The notes under the pieces are model-generated. The model was not told where the DNA came from. It ran no database searches and worked only from the letters and a program-made list of their open reading frames with translations. Shown piece by piece: positions 26,176-32,000 of a stretch of 32,000 nt of DNA. This DNA is from Pseudoalteromonas translucida KMM 520 (lineage in GTDB: Bacteria; Pseudomonadota; Gammaproteobacteria; Enterobacterales; Alteromonadaceae), in NCBI RefSeq assembly GCF_001465295.1, contig NZ_CP011034.1, forward strand, positions 1,890,001 to 1,922,000, in the 5' to 3' direction. The number at the start of each line of letters is the position of its first letter. The stretch's first letter is position 1. A program made the position numbers and the translations under genes.

Positions 26176-27276
26176 ATGAGCGAAAATAGTCACATTAAAG
26201 TCATCGTAGGTATGTCCGGCGGTGTTGATTCTTCTGTATCTGCATATTTGTTAAAGCAACAAGGCTATCAGGTAGAAGGCCTGTTTATGAAGAACTGGGA
26301 AGAAGACGACAATGATGAATATTGCGCCGCAGCTGATGATTTAAAAGACGCGCAAGCAGTTTGCGATAAACTCGGTATTGAACTGCATACAGTTAACTTT
26401 GCTGCTGAGTATTGGGATAACGTATTTGAGTACTTTTTAGCTGAATACAAAGCTGGTCGCACCCCTAATCCAGATATAATGTGCAATAAAGAAATTAAGT
26501 TTAAAGCCTTTTTAGAATTTGCTGCCCAAGCATTAGGCGCCGACTTTATTGCCACCGGCCATTATGTGCGCCGCGAACTACGCGATAACAAATACGTTAT
26601 GTGCCGCGGGTTAGATGATAATAAAGATCAAAGCTACTTTTTATACACGCTTAGCCACGAACATATTGGCCAAACATTATTTCCCGTTGGCGATATTGCT
26701 AAGCCAGAAGTGCGCCGCATAGCTGAAGAGCAAGACTTAATTACTCATGATAAAAAAGACAGCACAGGTATATGTTTTATTGGTGAGCGCAAATTTAAAG
26801 ACTTTTTACAAAAGTTTTTACCTGCCCAACCCGGTGTTATCGAAGACACTGATGGTAACAATGTAGGCGAGCACGAAGGATTAATGTACCACACCCTAGG
26901 CCAACGCAAAGGCTTACTAATTGGTGGTATGAAAGAAGGCTCAGGCGAGCCATGGTATGTAGTAGATAAAGACCTTGAGCGAAATGTACTTATTGTTGGC
27001 CAAGGTAAAGATCACCCTCGCCTATACAGTAATGGCCTTAATGCTAACCAATTGCACTGGGTTGACCGTATTGGCCCTAAAGGCACTACTCGCTGCACAG
27101 TTAAAACCCGTTACCGCCAAGAAGATTTAAGCTGTACGCTACTTGTGGGCGAAGACGGCATGGCACGCGTATTATTCGACGAGCCACAAAAAGCCGTTAC
27201 TCCAGGTCAATCTGCCGTATTTTACGCAGAAGATGTGTGTTTAGGTGGTGGTATTATTGATTCGGTGATTAAGTAA
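26176..27276 (+). CDS. mnmA: tRNA-specific 2-thiouridylase (tRNA U34 2-thiolation)
   Basis: 366 aa. PP-loop [16 protein letters not shown] and catalytic Cys contexts ([13 protein letters not shown]; DSTGICFIG). Gene order mnmA-hflD-purB as in E. coli. Confidence 0.95.
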   Translation: MSENSHIKVIVGMSGGVDSSVSAYLLKQQGYQVEGLFMKNWEEDDNDEYCAAADDLKDAQAVCDKLGIELHTVNFAAEYWDNVFEYFLAEYKAGRTPNPDIMCNKEIKFKAFLEFAAQALGADFIATGHYVRRELRDNKYVMCRGLDDNKDQSYFLYTLSHEHIGQTLFPVGDIAKPEVRRIAEEQDLITHDKKDSTGICFIGERKFKDFLQKFLPAQPGVIEDTDGNNVGEHEGLMYHTLGQRKGLLIGGMKEGSGEPWYVVDKDLERNVLIVGQGKDHPRLYSNGLNANQLHWVDRIGPKGTTRCTVKTRYRQEDLSCTLLVGEDGMARVLFDEPQKAVTPGQSAVFYAEDVCLGGGIIDSVIK

Positions 27277-27878
27277 TGAATGAACACCAAGTCATGGCGC
27301 TTGCCGCCATGTGCCAAGTTGCTAAACAAGTTCAAAAAGTTGCTCAATACGGCAATAATAATGAACACGATTTAGAAATACTACTTTCGAGTATTATTCA
27401 AACCTCACCTGCATCGCCAGAGGATGTATACCAAGGCACAGATAACCTACGCGATGGCTACAAAACATTATTGGCACAGCTAAGTGCTGGCGCGCAAAAA
27501 GATGTTGAAATTGTAAAATACGTCGGTGGTTTAATGCAGCTAGAACGTGCCTTGAGTGCAAACGACAAAAGCTTAAACGAATTAGGTAAACGTATTGATG
27601 ACATTCATCGACGTTTAGATCATTTTGCTATAACCGACGAGAGCGTTGTCGCCGGTTTAGCGGATATATACTCAACGGTGCTAAGCCCCCTTGGGCACCG
27701 TATACAGGTTTATGGTAAACCTGAGTTACTAAAGCAGCAGCTCACTCAAAATAAAATCCGCGCATTATTATTAGCCGGCATTAGAAGTGCAGTTTTATGG
27801 CGACAAATGGGCGGTAAACGCCGTCACTTTTTCTTTGCAAAAAGAAAAATAATCGCCATTGCTAAAGCAAAAATTTAA
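27276..27878 (+). CDS. hflD: High-frequency-of-lysogenization protein HflD
   Basis: 200 aa. TAATG overlap with mnmA. Colinear with E. coli HflD (ALAAMCQVAKQVQ..; YSTVLSPLGHRIQVYG; LLAGIRSAVLWRQMGG). Confidence 0.9.
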   Translation: MNEHQVMALAAMCQVAKQVQKVAQYGNNNEHDLEILLSSIIQTSPASPEDVYQGTDNLRDGYKTLLAQLSAGAQKDVEIVKYVGGLMQLERALSANDKSLNELGKRIDDIHRRLDHFAITDESVVAGLADIYSTVLSPLGHRIQVYGKPELLKQQLTQNKIRALLLAGIRSAVLWRQMGGKRRHFFFAKRKIIAIAKAKI

Positions 27879-27894
27879 TTATCGTTCAAACTAA

Positions 27895-29280
<1,386 letters not shown>

Positions 29281-29300
29281 TAACTAAACTAAAATCAATG

Positions 29301-29336
29301 AAAAAGCGAAAGGTCTCCTTTCGCTTTTTTTGTTTT
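29301..29336 (+). terminator. Rho-independent terminator after purB
   Basis: aaaaagcgaaagg / tct / cctttcgcttttt followed by ttgtttt. Confidence 0.85.
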
Positions 29337-29369
29337 AATACCACTTGCACTAATTTGTAGGGCCACTGT

Positions 29370-30515
29370 ATGTATCAATTAAAAATAAATGACTTATCAG
29401 AGCAAGAGTTTTTAACTCAGTTCTGGCAAAAAAAACCACTCTTAATTAAACAAGGTTTTAGTAATTTTCAGGACCCGCTTGATGCGAATGAACTTGCAGG
29501 CCTTGCAATGGAAGACAGCATAGAGTCGCGCATTGTTACTAATCATAATAATGAATGGCAATCGCACCAAGGGCCGTTTGAAGCCTTTGAACAGCTTACA
29601 GAGCAACACTCTACTTTATTAGTACAAGCGGTTGATCATTGGCATAACGATGCAGCACAGTTACTAGAGCCGTTTCGATTTATCCCAAACTGGCGTATAG
29701 ATGACTTAATGATCAGCTACTCTACCCCTAAAGGTGGTGTTGGCCCGCATTTAGATCAATACGATGTATTTATTATTCAAGGTGAAGGCAAACGCCATTG
29801 GCGAGTAGGCCTGCCAGATCCTAGCCTTAAACAATTCACCCAAAATAAAACATTATTGCAAGTAGAAGCGTTTACTGCGGTTATTGATTGTATTTTAGAA
29901 CCCGGCGATATTTTATATATTCCACCAGGTTGCCCACACGAAGGTTATGCAGTAGAAAACGCCCTTAATTATTCGGTGGGTTTTAGAGCGCCAAATCAAC
30001 AAGATTTACTCTCTAGCTTTGCCGATCATATTATTGATACCGAAAGCGGACAAAAGCGCTACACCGATCACAACCTTACATTAAGGGACTCTAAGGGCGA
30101 GCTAAGCGATACTGAGGTTGATAAAGTAAAAGTGTTAATGCAAGCATTACTTAACGACGACACCTTGTTTAAACAATGGCTTGGCACAACGTTAAGCCAA
30201 CCAAAGCACGATATGGACTTAATGCCTGTTGAGCAACCGTTTAATGCGGCGCAAATTGCCGATGCAATAAACAGTGACGACATAAGCTTTGAACGCCTTG
30301 GTGGAACGCGTGCTATATATCAGCAAACAGCTAATGAATTATTAGTAAGTATTAATGGAGAAAACTACTCTGTACCAAATAGTGACTTAAATGCTGTTAA
30401 GTTACTTACTGATTTTACAGGCTTTAATGCGCAACAGCTAAAAAACTCGGCACCAAGCCTAGTTTTTATTGAAATATTCACTACACTGATTAATGAGGGT
30501 ATTTGGTTCAATTAG
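29370..30515 (+). CDS. roxA: JmjC/cupin ribosomal oxygenase (50S protein uL16 Arg-81 hydroxylase, YcfD/RoxA)
   Basis: 381 aa, colinear with E. coli YcfD over the full length: WRIDDLMISYS.P.GGVGPHLDQYDVFIIQGEGKRHWRVG and PGDILYIPPGCPHEGYAVENALNYSVGFRAPN. The HxD...H iron triad is present. Confidence 0.9.
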   Translation: MYQLKINDLSEQEFLTQFWQKKPLLIKQGFSNFQDPLDANELAGLAMEDSIESRIVTNHNNEWQSHQGPFEAFEQLTEQHSTLLVQAVDHWHNDAAQLLEPFRFIPNWRIDDLMISYSTPKGGVGPHLDQYDVFIIQGEGKRHWRVGLPDPSLKQFTQNKTLLQVEAFTAVIDCILEPGDILYIPPGCPHEGYAVENALNYSVGFRAPNQQDLLSSFADHIIDTESGQKRYTDHNLTLRDSKGELSDTEVDKVKVLMQALLNDDTLFKQWLGTTLSQPKHDMDLMPVEQPFNAAQIADAINSDDISFERLGGTRAIYQQTANELLVSINGENYSVPNSDLNAVKLLTDFTGFNAQQLKNSAPSLVFIEIFTTLINEGIWFN

Positions 30516-30524
30516 AGGTGTATT

Positions 30525-30992
30525 ATGGACTACCGGGTAGAACAGGTCGATTGGCACAGCCAAAAAGCGCTACTGCAGCAAATAAGAGAGCGTGTATTTG
30601 TTTATGAGTTACATATTCCTAAACATATTGAATTTGACAACCTAGACCCACTTGCCCAACATATTCTTGTCACCAGTATTACCAACGATACACAGTCTCC
30701 TGTAGCCACAGGCAGGCTGTGTAGCGATGGCCTTATAGGCCGTATAGCTGTATTACCCGCTCACCGCAATCGCAATGTTTACAAATCTCTACTCAATTTT
30801 ATTGTTGCACTTGCTGCAGAGCAAAATATTGAAGTACTGAGTACTAACTGCATTTTAGAAGAAGTGGAATTATTTAAACAAAATGGCTTTAGCCAACAAG
30901 GCAATGTCTTCATGGAGGCCGGCATTGCAAAGCTACGAATGCAGTGCCCTGTTACCAGCTTTGAAACTCGTCCATTTACGTTAACGCATTAA
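30525..30992 (+). CDS. GNAT-family N-acetyltransferase, substrate unknown
   Basis: 155 aa. The GNAT-like core (..TGRLCSDGLIGRIAVLPAHRNRNVYKSLLNFIVALAAEQN...LFKQNGF) is consistent with an acetyl-CoA-binding beta-alpha motif. It starts 9 nt after roxA. Confidence 0.7.
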   Translation: MDYRVEQVDWHSQKALLQQIRERVFVYELHIPKHIEFDNLDPLAQHILVTSITNDTQSPVATGRLCSDGLIGRIAVLPAHRNRNVYKSLLNFIVALAAEQNIEVLSTNCILEEVELFKQNGFSQQGNVFMEAGIAKLRMQCPVTSFETRPFTLTH

Positions 30993-31030
30993 AAAGCGAG
31001 CTACAATAAACAAAGTAGCTCGCTTTTTTA
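30991..31030. terminator. Bidirectional rho-independent terminator between the GNAT gene (+) and the 148-aa gene (-)
   Basis: aaaaagcgagctac / aataaacaaa / gtagctcgctttttt. A 10-bp stem with A-run and T-run flanks. Confidence 0.75.
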
Positions 31031-31054
31031 ATTTGTTATACAAACATATTAAAC

Positions 31055-31501
31055 TTATTTAGGCTCGTTAGCCCACAGTTGTTCATTTTCGTGCATTTCG
31101 TATAAACCATGGGCACGATTAATCAGTAAGTTGGCAAAATCAACCTTGGTTTTATCACTCGCCCCAGTTTGCATTATTTGATCGGCTTTTAGCTGCCATT
31201 GCAGTGAAAAATAACGTATTGCATCGCGAGCATCTTTTGCAGCACTCACTTCGGCATGATCAGTTGGTAAACGACCTGTAATTACCCAATAGTTTTTACC
31301 GTTTTGCGCCTTAAATTTCCATAGAGCACAAAATGGGGCTAAAAAACGACTGTCTTTTTCAATCAACGTTTTAGGCATAATGCCTTTTTCAGCTAAATGC
31401 TTTTGTGCGTTTTGAAAGCATTCACGCTGCCATAATATATTTTGCTGCTCTACTTGAGTTTGTTCTTGCGCTGTTAACGGTTTTTTTTCTTGTTGTGTCA
31501 T
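31055..31501 (-). CDS. Conserved hypothetical cytoplasmic protein (possibly DUF4826-like; from memory only)
   Basis: 148-aa ORF with no TM or signal peptide, delimited by the bidirectional terminator. Confidence 0.6.
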   Translation of the reverse strand: MTQQEKKPLTAQEQTQVEQQNILWQRECFQNAQKHLAEKGIMPKTLIEKDSRFLAPFCALWKFKAQNGKNYWVITGRLPTDHAEVSAAKDARDAIRYFSLQWQLKADQIMQTGASDKTKVDFANLLINRAHGLYEMHENEQLWANEPK

Positions 31502-31626
31502 TATTAATAACCTTTTACTTCTTTTTTAACACTTTAAGGGCTTAACAAATAAGGTGCAAGTACAAAAATAGTATTTTTTGGCCTCAAACCCGCTGTTTGC
31601 TTGGTTTTTAGCCAAATTTATAAGCT

Positions 31627-32000
31627 TTACTTAACTAATTTAATATTATGATCGAATGAGCCCACATCCCCCGGAAATACCACTGGCGACTCAATCCCCT
31701 CTTTATTGATGGCTGCAACACCAAAATAGTAATTATCAATAACTACATTGTTAAGTGTAGCTTGAGTAACCTTACCTACGGTTTTACTAAACTGCCATTG
31801 TGGCTCGCTGGTAAAACGCCAATAAATACGATAACCGGTTATATTATTGTCTTTAGATGCCTGCCACGACAAATGCGTATTAGCCGTTACCGCACCCGCT
31901 ATTTTCACTTCTTTAGGAGGCGCTGGAGCCCACGCCATAGACGCTAAACTTACAGCATTAAGTGCGGTTAATTTAGCTGCATAGTCAAAATCAACGCCTT
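31627..32000 (-). CDS. C-terminal fibronectin type III-like domain of a larger secreted protein (probably a peptidase); the 5' part is beyond the window end
   Basis: I checked that the reading frame stays open upstream of the track's Met (31938) to the window edge (...GVDFDYAAKLTALNAVSLASMAWAPAPPKEVK...). An FN3-like pattern is present: LSWQASKDNNITGYRIYWR...YYFGVAAINKEGIESP. The peptidase identity of the missing part is a guess. Confidence 0.6.
   Translation of the reverse strand, partial: GVDFDYAAKLTALNAVSLASMAWAPAPPKEVKIAGAVTANTHLSWQASKDNNITGYRIYWRFTSEPQWQFSKTVGKVTQATLNNVVIDNYYFGVAAINKEGIESPVVFPGDVGSFDHNIKLVK

Noticed and set aside
31762-31947. 61-aa plus-strand ORF at the right edge
   Set aside because: It is antisense to the FN3-domain ORF, whose frame stays open to the window end. 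Its Arg-rich shadow composition argues against it.

Overview
Low-GC gammaproteobacterial chromosome segment. Gene content and protein sequences look Alteromonadales or Pseudoalteromonas-like, but that is an inference, not a search result. The window is almost entirely core housekeeping DNA, assembled from blocks whose order matches E. coli K-12: pyrD/pepN region; prc-proQ-msrC; serT-yccA-tusE; rluE-mnmA-hflD-purB-roxA(ycfD). I see 29 credible CDSs (two truncated by the window edges), two identical tandem tRNA-Ser(UGA) genes, several clear rho-independent terminators and a few good sigma70-type promoters. I found no CRISPR array, integrase, transposase, phage gene, toxin-antitoxin pair or recognisable defence system, and no long repeats apart from the tRNA duplication. 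The one functionally unresolved multi-gene system is a four-gene envelope cluster (5453-12377, minus strand): a DUF1302-like outer-membrane barrel, a DUF1329-like LolA-like periplasmic protein, a BNR/Ycf48-like beta-propeller, and an MMPL/HpnN-like RND transporter with no adaptor or TolC partner. Secondary curiosities: (1) an extremely acidic 92-aa protein translationally coupled inside the msrC-proQ-prc operon; (2) all four tus sulfur-relay genes plus rluE in one tightly coupled operon 1.6 kb from mnmA; (3) a PAS-GGDEF gene inserted into that conserved synteny, carrying adjacent A8/G7 homopolymer tracts; (4) several co-directional junctions where a terminator hairpin directly abuts the next gene's ribosome-binding site. 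All family assignments come from reading the translations and from remembered homologues. No database search was run.
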